A stretch of 64,000 nucleotides of DNA from Myxococcota bacterium (GTDB lineage: Bacteria > Myxococcota_A > UBA9042 > PHBI01). Made by a program: the position numbers and the translations under genes. Location: NCBI GenBank assembly GCA_046351155.1, contig JAXLYZ010000024.1, positions 86,044 through 150,043 of the forward strand, read 5' to 3'. Positions 1-8,795 of the stretch are shown piece after piece (position 1 is the stretch's first letter; each line of letters begins with the position of its first letter). The notes beneath the pieces were generated by a model that did no database searches, was not told the DNA's origin, and worked only from the letters and a program-made list of their open reading frames with translations.

Positions 1-471
1 GCCCGCTACGTCGGCGAGATCGCCGTGAAGTCGTGGCGCGGCGAGCCCGGCGACCGCGCGCACGAGACCGCCGGCGTCGCCTGGATGCGCGGCGTCGACT
101 GGCTGCCCTACCAGCGCCGGACCTTCGTCACGCCCGCCTTCCCCGGCTTCATCTCGGGCCACAGCACGTTCTCGCGCGCGGGCGCCGAGGTGCTGGCCGA
201 GATCACCGGCAGCGAGTACTTCCCCGGTGGCATCGGCGAGTTCGTCGCCAAGAAGGAGAGCTACCTCGTCTTCGAGGACGGCCCGAGCGCCGACATCCAC
301 CTGCAGTGGGCGACCTACTACGACGCCGCCGACCAGGCCGGCCAGTCGCGCCTCTGGGGCGGCATCCACATCACGCCCGACGACCTCACCGGTCGCGCCC
401 TCGGCAGCATGATCGGCCACGACGCGCTGGCCAAGGCCAAGACCTTCTTCGTGGCCCCGGCGACCAACTGA
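1..471 (+). CDS. PAP2-superfamily (acid phosphatase / vanadium-haloperoxidase-like) protein, C-terminal fragment; 5' end lies outside the window
   Basis: Frame 1 is open from nt 1. The translation carries PAP2 motifs: ...PGFISGHSTFSRAGAEVLAEITG... and ...LWGGIHITPDD...G..G. Stop TGA at 469-471. Confidence 0.6.
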   Translation, partial: ARYVGEIAVKSWRGEPGDRAHETAGVAWMRGVDWLPYQRRTFVTPAFPGFISGHSTFSRAGAEVLAEITGSEYFPGGIGEFVAKKESYLVFEDGPSADIHLQWATYYDAADQAGQSRLWGGIHITPDDLTGRALGSMIGHDALAKAKTFFVAPATN

Positions 472-647
472 TGCAGGGCAGGCGGGCCGTCGCCGCGCTG
501 GAGCAGGTCTTCCGGCGCGCGACGGCGCGCGCGTCGTCGGGCCCGCCGCCGGCCGCGACCATGCAGGCCCTGCGCGAGCACTTCGCTCCGTGGGACGAGC
601 GGCTGGCCGCGCGGCTCGGGCGGCGCCTCGACTGGATGGCGGGCTGA
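471..647 (+). CDS. small hypothetical protein (58 aa)
   Basis: The ATG overlaps the upstream stop (TGATG), and the stop lies 1 nt before the GNAT start. Non-Arg-rich composition. No recognisable motif. Confidence 0.25.
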   Translation: MQGRRAVAALEQVFRRATARASSGPPPAATMQALREHFAPWDERLAARLGRRLDWMAG

Positions 648-648
648 C

Positions 649-1494
649 GTGGTGGCGCTGGCGACCGTGCGCCGCATCGAGGCCGCCGACGCCGACGGCG
701 CGCTGGCCAGCGTGCGCGCGCTGGCGGCGCTCCGACCCGGGCAGGGCGTCGTGGCCGAGCGCCTGGCCGGCGGCCTCGTCGCCTACGGCGGCCCGGGCTC
801 GCCCATCAACCGCGGGCGCGCCTTCGGCATGGACGGCCCGGTCGCGGCCGTCGAGCTCGACGCCGTCGTCGCCTTCTATCGATCGCGCGGCCTCACCGCG
901 CACCTCGAGGTCGCGCCCTTCGCCGACCCGTCGCTGGTCGACGGCCTCGCGGCGCGGGGCTTCGCCTTCGCCGGCTTCGTGCACGTGCTGACGCTGGCCG
1001 GCGACGGCGCGGTCGCGTCGCCCGCCGCGGGGAGGCGCTGGCCGTCCGGCGCGTGGCGAAGGGCGACGCGCGCCGACGCGTGGGCGCGCCTCGTCGGCCA
1101 GGGCTTCGGCGAGGACGCGCCGAGCGCCACCACCATGGACCTCGGCCGCGTCGTCTTCGAGCTGCCCGAGGCCGCCTGCTTCCAGGCCGACCTCGGCGGC
1201 GTGCCGGCCGGCGGCGGCGCGCTGCGGGTGGCCGACGGCGTTGGCTGGCTCTTCGCCGGCAGCACGCGCCCCGACCAGCGCGGCCGCGGCGTGCAGAGCG
1301 CGCTCATCGCCGCGCGCGTCGCGCACGCGCGCGCCGCCGGCTGCGATATCGTCGCGGTCGCCACGCGCGCCGGCAGCGCCTCACAGCGGAACCTCGAGCG
1401 CGCCGGCTTCCGCGTCGCCTACACGCGCGCGGCGCTCGAGCTGCCGTATCGCGCCGGAGACGGCGACGCCCCGGCGAGCGTCGCCGGCGCTTGA
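649..1494 (+). CDS. GNAT family N-acetyltransferase (two-domain)
   Basis: GTG start. The C-terminal half shows a GNAT acetyl-CoA pocket pattern: ...RGRGVQSALIAARVAHARAAGCDIVAVATRAGSASQRNLERAGF... Confidence 0.6.
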   Translation: MVALATVRRIEAADADGALASVRALAALRPGQGVVAERLAGGLVAYGGPGSPINRGRAFGMDGPVAAVELDAVVAFYRSRGLTAHLEVAPFADPSLVDGLAARGFAFAGFVHVLTLAGDGAVASPAAGRRWPSGAWRRATRADAWARLVGQGFGEDAPSATTMDLGRVVFELPEAACFQADLGGVPAGGGALRVADGVGWLFAGSTRPDQRGRGVQSALIAARVAHARAAGCDIVAVATRAGSASQRNLERAGFRVAYTRAALELPYRAGDGDAPASVAGA

Positions 1495-1621
1495 CGCCGC
1501 CGCGCGCGCGCCCGCGCTCCAGGCCGTCGCGCGCCGTGGCCGGGGCTGGCACGGAGGCTGCGAGGTCTCGGGTCGCCGGGGACACGCTCGTCCCCGCGCA
1601 TCACCTCGGAGTCGTGCCCGC

Positions 1622-1936
1622 ATGTTCGCCAAGCTCGTCATCGCGTCGCTCATCGGCCTCTCGTCGCTCTCGCTCGCCTCGGTCGCCGAGGCCGCCCCGC
1701 CCGCGCGCACCCAGGTCCGCCAGGCGCACCAGCAGGCGCGCATCGCCGACGGCGTCGCCCACGGCTCGCTCAGCGCGCGCGAGGCGGCGCACCTCGAGCG
1801 CGAGCAGGCGCACATCGACCGCATGCAGCACCGCATGCGCGCCGACGACGGCCGCATCGGGCCGCGCGAGCGCGCCCGGCTCGAGCGCGCCCAGAACCGC
1901 TCGAGCCGCCACATCGCGCGCCTGAAGCACGACTGA
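1622..1936 (+). CDS. small secreted protein (Sec signal peptide, His/Arg-rich helical)
   Basis: Internal ATG of the 1241..1936 ORF. The N-terminus MFAKLVIASLIGLSSLSLASVAEA is a signal peptide with an AxA cleavage site. The part of that ORF upstream of 1622 is Arg/Ala-rich artifact. Confidence 0.5.
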   Translation: MFAKLVIASLIGLSSLSLASVAEAAPPARTQVRQAHQQARIADGVAHGSLSAREAAHLEREQAHIDRMQHRMRADDGRIGPRERARLERAQNRSSRHIARLKHD

Positions 1937-1996
1937 GCGACCGACGATCCGCCGCTCGCCCTGGGCGAGCGCCGGTTTCAGCCGGCGTGCGCCGCC

Positions 1997-3400
1997 TTGA
2001 CTTCGCCCGGTGACACCTCGATGCTCGCGGCCGGGGTCGAGTCCCGCGAGGTGAGCATGAACTCAGTCCAGCTCAAGCGCGAGGGATCGCCGTCGCCTTC
2101 TTCTTCGCCCAAGGAGGCCGGCGCGCCCGGCTCCGGCGGCGACCTGAAGAAGGAGATGCGCGGCATGTCCTTCGAAGCGCAAGAGGCTCGCCTCGCGCCG
2201 GGCGGCGGTGCGGTGCAGAAGAAGGAAGAGGCCGGCGCGGCGATGGCCAAGCAGGGCGGCGAAGCCGTGGCCTCGACCAAGAAGAAGGACGAGGGCGGCT
2301 CGTTCGGCGCGGCCGACCCGGGCAACCGCATGGCCGCGCTGCACCCGACCTTCGTCGACTACGTGAAGCGCGTCATCGACATCGCTCACGGCAAGGGCCT
2401 GGACATCATGATCGTCCAGGGGATGCGCACCATCGCCGAGCAGAACGACCTCTACGCGCAGGGGCGCACCAAGGGCGGCAAGGTCGTCACCTGGGTGCGC
2501 GGCGGCTCGAGCTACCACAACTACGGCCTGGCCGCGGACTTCGCCTTCCACGGCAAGGACCCGTGGTCCGAGTCCCACGACTGGAAGGGCCTCGTCGCGA
2601 GCGTGCGCGAAGCCGGCCTCATCTCGGGGGCGAGCTACGGCGATCGACCGCACTGCAACCTCGACGTGCCGATGCGCTCCCTGCAGTCGTGGTACGGCAA
2701 GGGCGGCCTCAGGAACGTGTGGGACCACGTCTCGGAGAACTACGGCGGCCCGCGCTACCCCGGCCAGGAAGGCGGCGGCGGCGCCGATCAGGGCAGCGAG
2801 AAGAAGGGACCGCAGACGGGCGGCGGCGGCGGTGGCGGCTACACCGTCAAGCCCGGCGACACGCTCACCGAGATCGCCCAGATCCTCCTCGGCGACTCGT
2901 CGCGCTGGCAGGAGCTGGCCGCCTACAACGGCATCAAGGACCCGCGCGACCTCGCGCCGGGCAAGGTCCTGAAGGTCCCGTCGGGGCCGGCCGCGAAGAA
3001 GAAGGACGACGACTCGAGCGCGCACCAGGGCGGCGAGGCGCACTTCCGCAAGCGCTCGCACACGGTCGTCCGCGGCGAGACGCTGACCAGCATCGCGCAG
3101 AAGTACTACGGCGTGGCGTCGCTCTGGACCGAGATCGCCATGGCCAACGAGATCAAGGATCCGGCGGCGCTCAAGGTCGGCCAGAAGCTCGTCATCCCGA
3201 CGCCCGACGACAAGGCCAAGAAGGTCGACACCAAGAAGGCCGTGCCGATGACCCACCTGGTCGTGGCCGGCGAGACGCTCGGGGCGATCGCGCAGCAGCA
3301 CTACGGGGACGCCAGCCGCTGGAAGGAGATCGCCGGCGCCAACCACATCGCCGACCCGAAGGCGCTGAAGATCGGCACGCGCCTCACCATCCCGGCCTGA
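1997..3400 (+). CDS. peptidase M15 (D-Ala-D-Ala carboxypeptidase / L,D-endopeptidase-like) with three C-terminal LysM domains; disordered K/E/G-rich N-terminus
   Basis: M15 zinc-site residues SSYHNYGLAADF...HDW...RPHCNLD. Three LysM repeats (YTVKPGDTLTEIAQ..., HTVVRGETLTSIAQKYYG..., HLVVAGETLGAIAQQHYG...). No signal peptide is detectable. Start uncertain (1997, 2021 or 2057). Confidence 0.75.
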   Translation: MTSPGDTSMLAAGVESREVSMNSVQLKREGSPSPSSSPKEAGAPGSGGDLKKEMRGMSFEAQEARLAPGGGAVQKKEEAGAAMAKQGGEAVASTKKKDEGGSFGAADPGNRMAALHPTFVDYVKRVIDIAHGKGLDIMIVQGMRTIAEQNDLYAQGRTKGGKVVTWVRGGSSYHNYGLAADFAFHGKDPWSESHDWKGLVASVREAGLISGASYGDRPHCNLDVPMRSLQSWYGKGGLRNVWDHVSENYGGPRYPGQEGGGGADQGSEKKGPQTGGGGGGGYTVKPGDTLTEIAQILLGDSSRWQELAAYNGIKDPRDLAPGKVLKVPSGPAAKKKDDDSSAHQGGEAHFRKRSHTVVRGETLTSIAQKYYGVASLWTEIAMANEIKDPAALKVGQKLVIPTPDDKAKKVDTKKAVPMTHLVVAGETLGAIAQQHYGDASRWKEIAGANHIADPKALKIGTRLTIPA

Positions 3401-3484
3401 TCGCCCAGCGGCGACCGCGCCGGCGGCCCTCGTACCGCGAAAGCCGCGCGCGCGTCGCGCGCTTTCGTGGCAGTGTCGCCGGCG

Positions 3485-6457
3485 ATGAACGCCAAGATGC
3501 TCCGCCTCTCCGTCGCGCTCGCCTGCGTCCTCGCCGGTGCGTGCAAGCAGTCCACGCCGCCCGCCGCCGACGCCAGCGTCGTCACGGCTCAGACGGCGCC
3601 CGACGTCGTCGCGTCGCCGCCCGCCGACGCCGTCGCCGCGCCGGAGGCCGATGCGGTCGCCGCGCCGGCCGACGCCGCGCCCGCGACCGAGCCCGACGCC
3701 GCGCCGCAGGCGCCCATCGACGACGACGCGCCGCTCGGCCTGTGGCCCGCGGTCGAGAAGGGCAAGCTCGCCAACGGGCTCACCTACTACATCAAGAAGC
3801 ACGGCACGCCGGCCAAGCGCGCGTCGATGTGGCTCGCCGTGAACGCCGGCTCGCTGCTCGAGGACGACGACCAGCGCGGCCTGGCGCACTTCTGCGAGCA
3901 CATGGCCTTCAACGGCACGAAGGGCTTCGAGCGCTCGGCCATCGTCGACTACCTCGAGAAGATCGGCATGCGCTTCGGCGCCGACCTCAACGCCTTCACG
4001 AGCTACGACGAGACGGTCTACCAGCTGCTGGTGCCGACCGACGACCAGGCCTTCCTCGACAAGGGCCTCTCCATCCTGCGCGAGTGGGCCTCCGAGGTGA
4101 GCTACGACCCGGCCGAGGTCGAGAAGGAGCGCGGCGTGGTGCTCGAGGAGTGGCGCCTCGGGCGCGGTCCGGGCGAGCGCCTGGGCAAGCTCCAGCGCCC
4201 GGTGCTGTTCGCCGGCTCGCGCTACGCCGAGCGCGATCCCATCGGTCTGCCCGAGATCATCAAGGGCGCCTCGCGCGATGCGCTGGTGCGCTTCTATCAC
4301 GACTGGTACCGGCCCGACCTGATGGCCGTCATCGTGGTCGGCGATCTCGATCCGGCGTGGGTGAAGGCCGAGATCGAGCGCCGCTTCGGCGACCTCAAGA
4401 ACCCGGACAACGAGCGCCCGCGCGTGCGCGCCGAGGTGCCCAAGGGCGGCGGCACGCGCGTGTCGATCGAGACCGACCCCGAGGCTTCGTCGTCGAGCGT
4501 CACCGTCTACGACCTCACCGCGCATCGCCGCGAGTCGACCGGCAACGACCTGCGCCGGAGCATCGTCGAGCAGGTCTACCAGAACGCCCTCGACGCGCGC
4601 TTCGAGATCCTCGGCCGGAAGCCCGACGCGCCCTTCACGCGCGCCGGCGTCGGCGCCCAGGGGCTGATGCGCGAGATCGACGCCTTCGCGCGCTCGGCTG
4701 TGGTGAAGAGCGACCGCGAGGCGGCTCAGATCGAGGAGACGCTGCGCAGCCTCTTCACCGAGGTGCTGCGCGTCGAGCGCCACGGCTTCAGCGCCGCCGA
4801 GCTCGAGCGCGCCAAGGCCGACGTGAGCCGCATGTACGACGAGTACGTGGCCGACGAGGGCACCGCCGACGGCAGCGAGTACGCCGCCGAGATGACGCGC
4901 AACTTCTTCGAGGGCGAGCTCATGGTGGGCCGCGTGGCCGAGGCCGCGGCCGCTCACCGCTTCCTGCCGCTGGTGACGGTCGACGAGCTCGACGCGGTGG
5001 CCAAGGGCTTCGGCGGCGCCGACAACCGCGTGGTGGTCATCGACGGGCACGACCCGAAGGTCATGCCGACCAAGGATCGCGTCATGGCCATCATCGCCGA
5101 GGTCGAGAAGTCGGACATCCCGGCGTGGCAGGACTCGGGCCCGGCCAAGCCGCTCATGGCCGCGCCGCCGGCGCCCGGGAAGGTCGTCGCCGAGGCCACC
5201 ATCGACGCCATCGGCGTCACCCAGTGGACGCTGTCGAACGGCGCCAAGGTGCTGGTGAAGCCGACCGACTTCGAGGCCGACCACTTCCAGATGGTCGGCA
5301 GCTCGCCGGGCGGCCTGGCGACCGCCGCCGCGGCCGACGTCATCACCGCGCGGAACGCCGAGTCGGTGCTGGGCGTGGGCGGCGTCGGCGCGCTCGACGC
5401 CACCGGCGTCGACCAGGCGCTGGCCGGCAAGAGCGCGTCGGGCACGACCTGGGTCGACCAGACGCGCGAGGGCGTCAGCGCCTCGGGCGCGCCGGGCGAC
5501 CTCGAGACGGCGCTCCAGCTGGTCTACCTGCACATGACCGCGCCGCGCCGCGACGACACGGCCATCGGCGTCTGGAAGCAGGGCTTCGAGCAGGCCATCG
5601 TGAACGGCTTGAAGAACCCGGCCGTGCGCTTCGAGCGCGAGCTGGCCGACGACATGTACGCCAAGCACCCGCTCGTGCGCTCGCTCGACCCGGCCGACGT
5701 CGAGGCGGTGTCGGTCGAGCGCGCGCTGGCCTTCCACCAGGACCGCTTCGGCGACGCCTCCGACTTCACCTTCGTGTTCGTCGGCGCGCTCGACCTGGCC
5801 AAGCTGAAGCCGCTGGTCGAGACCTACCTGGCGAGCCTGCCGGCCGCCGGTCGCAAGGAGAGCGAGATCGACCCGGGCGTGCACCTGCCGCCGGGCCGCG
5901 TCGAGAAGACCTGGCACCTCGGCCAGGAGCCGAAGGCGTCGGTGCAGCTCACCTTCCACGGCGACGAGACGTGGTCGCGCGACAAGGAGCGCGACATGTA
6001 CATCCTGTCGCAGGTGCTCGACCTGCGCCTCCACCAGACGCTGCGCGAGGACATGAGCGGCACCTACAACGTGAGCGCCGGCGGCGCCGTCACGCGCCGC
6101 CCGCGACAGGAAAGGGTCTTGACCATCCACTTCGGCTGCGCGCCGGAGAACGTCGACAAGCTCCTGGCCGCGACCATGACCGAGCTGAAGGCGCTGGCCG
6201 AGAAGGGCCCGACCGCCGACGAGCTCGAGAAGGTGCGCCAGGAGTTCGTGCGCGGGCGCGAGGCGGACCTGCGCCAGAACAGCTTCTGGCTCTCGTGGCT
6301 GGCGCTGAACGATCGCTTCGGCGACGACCCGACGCGCATCCTCGACCCGAGCGGCGTGCTGGCGCGCATGACCATCGAGCACGTCAAGGAGGCGGCCGCG
6401 CGGAACCTCGACGCGAGCGGCCTCTACCAGGCCATCCTGTTGCCCGCCGCCAAGTAG
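3485..6457 (+). CDS. M16 family (pitrilysin/insulinase-like) tandem zinc peptidase, lipoprotein
   Basis: Lipobox signal MNAKMLRLSVALACVLAGAC. Inverted zinc motif HFCEHMAFNGT (HxxEH). The ~990-aa length implies active plus inactive M16 halves. The antisense ORF 2063..6382 is rejected. Confidence 0.85.
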   Translation: MNAKMLRLSVALACVLAGACKQSTPPAADASVVTAQTAPDVVASPPADAVAAPEADAVAAPADAAPATEPDAAPQAPIDDDAPLGLWPAVEKGKLANGLTYYIKKHGTPAKRASMWLAVNAGSLLEDDDQRGLAHFCEHMAFNGTKGFERSAIVDYLEKIGMRFGADLNAFTSYDETVYQLLVPTDDQAFLDKGLSILREWASEVSYDPAEVEKERGVVLEEWRLGRGPGERLGKLQRPVLFAGSRYAERDPIGLPEIIKGASRDALVRFYHDWYRPDLMAVIVVGDLDPAWVKAEIERRFGDLKNPDNERPRVRAEVPKGGGTRVSIETDPEASSSSVTVYDLTAHRRESTGNDLRRSIVEQVYQNALDARFEILGRKPDAPFTRAGVGAQGLMREIDAFARSAVVKSDREAAQIEETLRSLFTEVLRVERHGFSAAELERAKADVSRMYDEYVADEGTADGSEYAAEMTRNFFEGELMVGRVAEAAAAHRFLPLVTVDELDAVAKGFGGADNRVVVIDGHDPKVMPTKDRVMAIIAEVEKSDIPAWQDSGPAKPLMAAPPAPGKVVAEATIDAIGVTQWTLSNGAKVLVKPTDFEADHFQMVGSSPGGLATAAAADVITARNAESVLGVGGVGALDATGVDQALAGKSASGTTWVDQTREGVSASGAPGDLETALQLVYLHMTAPRRDDTAIGVWKQGFEQAIVNGLKNPAVRFERELADDMYAKHPLVRSLDPADVEAVSVERALAFHQDRFGDASDFTFVFVGALDLAKLKPLVETYLASLPAAGRKESEIDPGVHLPPGRVEKTWHLGQEPKASVQLTFHGDETWSRDKERDMYILSQVLDLRLHQTLREDMSGTYNVSAGGAVTRRPRQERVLTIHFGCAPENVDKLLAATMTELKALAEKGPTADELEKVRQEFVRGREADLRQNSFWLSWLALNDRFGDDPTRILDPSGVLARMTIEHVKEAAARNLDASGLYQAILLPAAK

Positions 6458-6470
6458 CCGCGGGGCCGGC

Positions 6471-7238
6471 TCAGGGCGCGAGCTCGATGCTGCCGCGCCA
6501 CGACGCGCAGATGTGCGCCTGGCCGGGCGGCGTGTCGCAGCGGCGCACCTCGAGCGTGGTGCTCGCGCCCGGCTCGGCGGCGAGGTCGAGCGCCGCGAGC
6601 GGCAGCGCCATCTCGACCACCCACTCCTCGTCGGCCTCGTCGCCGCCGGAGTCGACGGTGCCGTCGAGCTCGACCTCGAGGCGCGCGCCGCTCTGCCAGC
6701 GGTAGTCGAGCGGGCCGGCGATGCCCTCGGGGCGGCGCCCGTCGGTCAGCACCGCGCGCGGCGAGACGTCGATCGAGCGGTCGAAGCCGCGGCCGTCGAC
6801 CTCGAGGTGGAAGTGATCGTCGAGCCAGAGCGGCTCGTCGGCGCCGGTCCGCGGCGCGCGGATGTCCTCGTCGGCGGCGTAGAGCGCGACGTAGAGGACG
6901 TCGTCCTTCCACAGGAGGCGCGCGTCGCCATAGGGCGGGTGGCCCGCGGTCGCGGTGAGCGCGCCGGTGCGCGCCGGTCCGGCGAGCCAGGCCGCATCGG
7001 ACAGGTCGCCGTCGAGGGTCGGCGCCGTCGCCGCGCGCGGCACGAGGAGGCGCGGGCCGCGCGTCTCGCCGATCGCGGCGGCGCTGGCGGGGCGCCCGCC
7101 GAGCGCGTCGGGCGGCGCGACCGGCGCGGCCGGCGTGGCCGGCGCCAGCACCGCCTCGGGCGGCGCGCCGACCCAGAGCGCCAGCGCCACCGCGCCCGCG
7201 ACGCCGACGAGCGCGACCACCACGAGCCACGGCCTCAT
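6471..7238 (-). CDS. secreted protein with CBM9-like / DOMON-like carbohydrate-binding fold
   Basis: Internal ATG of ORF 6471..8477. Signal peptide MRPWLVVVALVGVAGAVALALWVGAP. Motifs DGDLSDAAW...LLWKDDVLYVALYAADEDI...DDHFHLEV. Its start overlaps the stop of the upstream gene by 4 nt. Confidence 0.55.
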   Translation of the reverse strand: MRPWLVVVALVGVAGAVALALWVGAPPEAVLAPATPAAPVAPPDALGGRPASAAAIGETRGPRLLVPRAATAPTLDGDLSDAAWLAGPARTGALTATAGHPPYGDARLLWKDDVLYVALYAADEDIRAPRTGADEPLWLDDHFHLEVDGRGFDRSIDVSPRAVLTDGRRPEGIAGPLDYRWQSGARLEVELDGTVDSGGDEADEEWVVEMALPLAALDLAAEPGASTTLEVRRCDTPPGQAHICASWRGSIELAP

Positions 7239-8794
7239 GGCACGAGGGTGCCGTCGGCCTTCACCCCGAAGCGGAACCCGAGGTCGGGGAGGTCGGTGGC
7301 GTAGTCGAGCATGTCGACCTGCAGCGTGCCGTCGTCGCGCTGGTGGATGATGGCGTAGCCGTAGCTCTTGCTGGAGAGCGGCGCGCCGCCGTTGCCGACG
7401 ATGATCTCGCGCGAGCCGAAGTCGTGGCGGTAGGTGTGCGAGTGGCCGGTGATGGCCAGCGTGTACGGGTGCTGCGCCATGATCGCCTGCGACGGCGTCG
7501 TGCCCGGCGCGGTGTCGGCGTAGGCCGGCTCGTGGCGCACGATGAAGGTGTAGGTCGTCGGCTCGGACAGCGTCGCGTCGAGCCACGTCGCCTGCGCCTC
7601 GGACCAGGCGTTGGCGGCGACGAACACGAGCTTGGCGGTCCAGGTCGCGTCGCTCGCGGCGAGGCGGATGACGTAGTAGGGCTCGGTCTTCTCGAGCGGC
7701 CCGAGCATCTTCGTCAGGAAGTCCTGATAGACGCGCGTCACGCCGTCGGCCGCGCCGAGGCCGCAGTTCGAGCGCGTGTAGCCGGTGCACTCGTGGTTGC
7801 CGAGCGCGGGGTAGACGACGCCGCTGTATCCCGCGCGGGCGCCCAGATAGAGGTCGAGCTGGATGGCGCCGTTGTCGGTGGTCGGGCCGGCGAAGACGTA
7901 GTCGCCGGTCGCCACCACGAAGGGCACGTGCGGCAGGAAGGCCTCGACGTGCTGGTAGACCTGCGTGATGGTAGCGGTCGGGTAGGCGGCGTTGTCGTCC
8001 TTCGAGGGCGGGCGCGTGTCGCCGACGACGGCGAACACCAGGCGCGACAGCGTGCCGCCGTCCTTGTCGACCGAGCCGATGACGGCCGGCCCGGCGTCGA
8101 GCGCGCCGCCCGGATCGCAGGTGGTGGGCGGCGGCAGGCAGTGGTTGCCGGCGGTGTTGCACCACCATCCGCCGTAGCAGCCGTTGGCCTGGCACGGCGG
8201 CTGGGTGCAGGCGTGGCAGGCGGCCGTGACGCTCGGCGCGACCAGCGTGCCGCACACCGTCTCGGTCGGCGTGCCCGGCTCGTCGACGACGCTGCACACG
8301 TCGCTCCGCGGCACGCACAGGCTCTCCTGATCGCCGGCCACGCTGGTCGCCGACAGGCACGCCCGGTCGGCCGCGCAGCTGTCGCCGGCGCCGCAGCGCG
8401 GGGCGCAGTAGCTGTCGCCGCCGAGCTGGGCGCAGACGTCGCCGCCGCAGTCGGAGTCGTTGACGCACGGCGGGCACGTCGACGGCGCGGTCGCGTCGCT
8501 CGCGTCGCTCGCGGCATCGTCACCGTCGGGCGTCGCGGTCGCGTCGGCGATGGTGGTGTCGGTGGCGGCGCTGTCGGTCGCGGCGCTGTCGGTCGCGGCG
8601 CTGTCGACGACGCTCGTGTCGACGACGCTCGTGTCGGTCGCGGCGCTGTCGTCGGCGACGGCGTCCGTGTCCGCGGCGGCGGAGCTGTCGTCGGCCGCGT
8701 CGGCGGCGGCGCTGTCGGCGCTCCTGCGGTCGTCGCCGCCGCACGCGCCGAAGAGTCCCGCGAGGGCCAGGCAGGCCGCGCCGAAGGCCCTCAC
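7235..8794 (-). CDS. lipoprotein metallophosphoesterase (calcineurin-like) with D/A/T/S-rich repeat linker and Cys-rich module
   Basis: Lipobox LALAGLFGAC. Repeat linker SAATDSAATDSAATD. Cys-rich CPPCVNDSDCGGDVC.... Metallophosphatase motifs VVGDTRPP...GNHE...GHSHTYRHD. Confidence 0.75.
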   Translation of the reverse strand: MRAFGAACLALAGLFGACGGDDRRSADSAAADAADDSSAAADTDAVADDSAATDTSVVDTSVVDSAATDSAATDSAATDTTIADATATPDGDDAASDASDATAPSTCPPCVNDSDCGGDVCAQLGGDSYCAPRCGAGDSCAADRACLSATSVAGDQESLCVPRSDVCSVVDEPGTPTETVCGTLVAPSVTAACHACTQPPCQANGCYGGWWCNTAGNHCLPPPTTCDPGGALDAGPAVIGSVDKDGGTLSRLVFAVVGDTRPPSKDDNAAYPTATITQVYQHVEAFLPHVPFVVATGDYVFAGPTTDNGAIQLDLYLGARAGYSGVVYPALGNHECTGYTRSNCGLGAADGVTRVYQDFLTKMLGPLEKTEPYYVIRLAASDATWTAKLVFVAANAWSEAQATWLDATLSEPTTYTFIVRHEPAYADTAPGTTPSQAIMAQHPYTLAITGHSHTYRHDFGSREIIVGNGGAPLSSKSYGYAIIHQRDDGTLQVDMLDYATDLPDLGFRFGVKADGTLVP

Positions 8795-8795
8795 C

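Noticed and set aside
2063-6382. 1439-aa minus-strand ORF overlapping the M15-LysM and M16 genes
   Set aside because: Extreme Arg/Ala/Gly/Leu/Val composition with no motifs, which is typical GC-rich antisense read-through of the real plus-strand genes. The same applies to 12476..16567(-), 30841..33354(+), the 5' two-thirds of 20244..23084(+) and 23412..26492(+), 22996..25746(-), 54718..57753(-), 50229..52283(-), 46447..48276(-), and the many 60-300-aa Arg-rich ORFs.
8575-8665. Short exact tandem repeats (15-nt units) that could suggest a CRISPR or VNTR array
   Set aside because: The units are contiguous with no spacers, in frame, and encode the SAATD/VVDTS linker of a lipoprotein. This is a coding low-complexity repeat, not CRISPR. 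The same applies to 9655-9765, 12481-12700 and 40255-40385.
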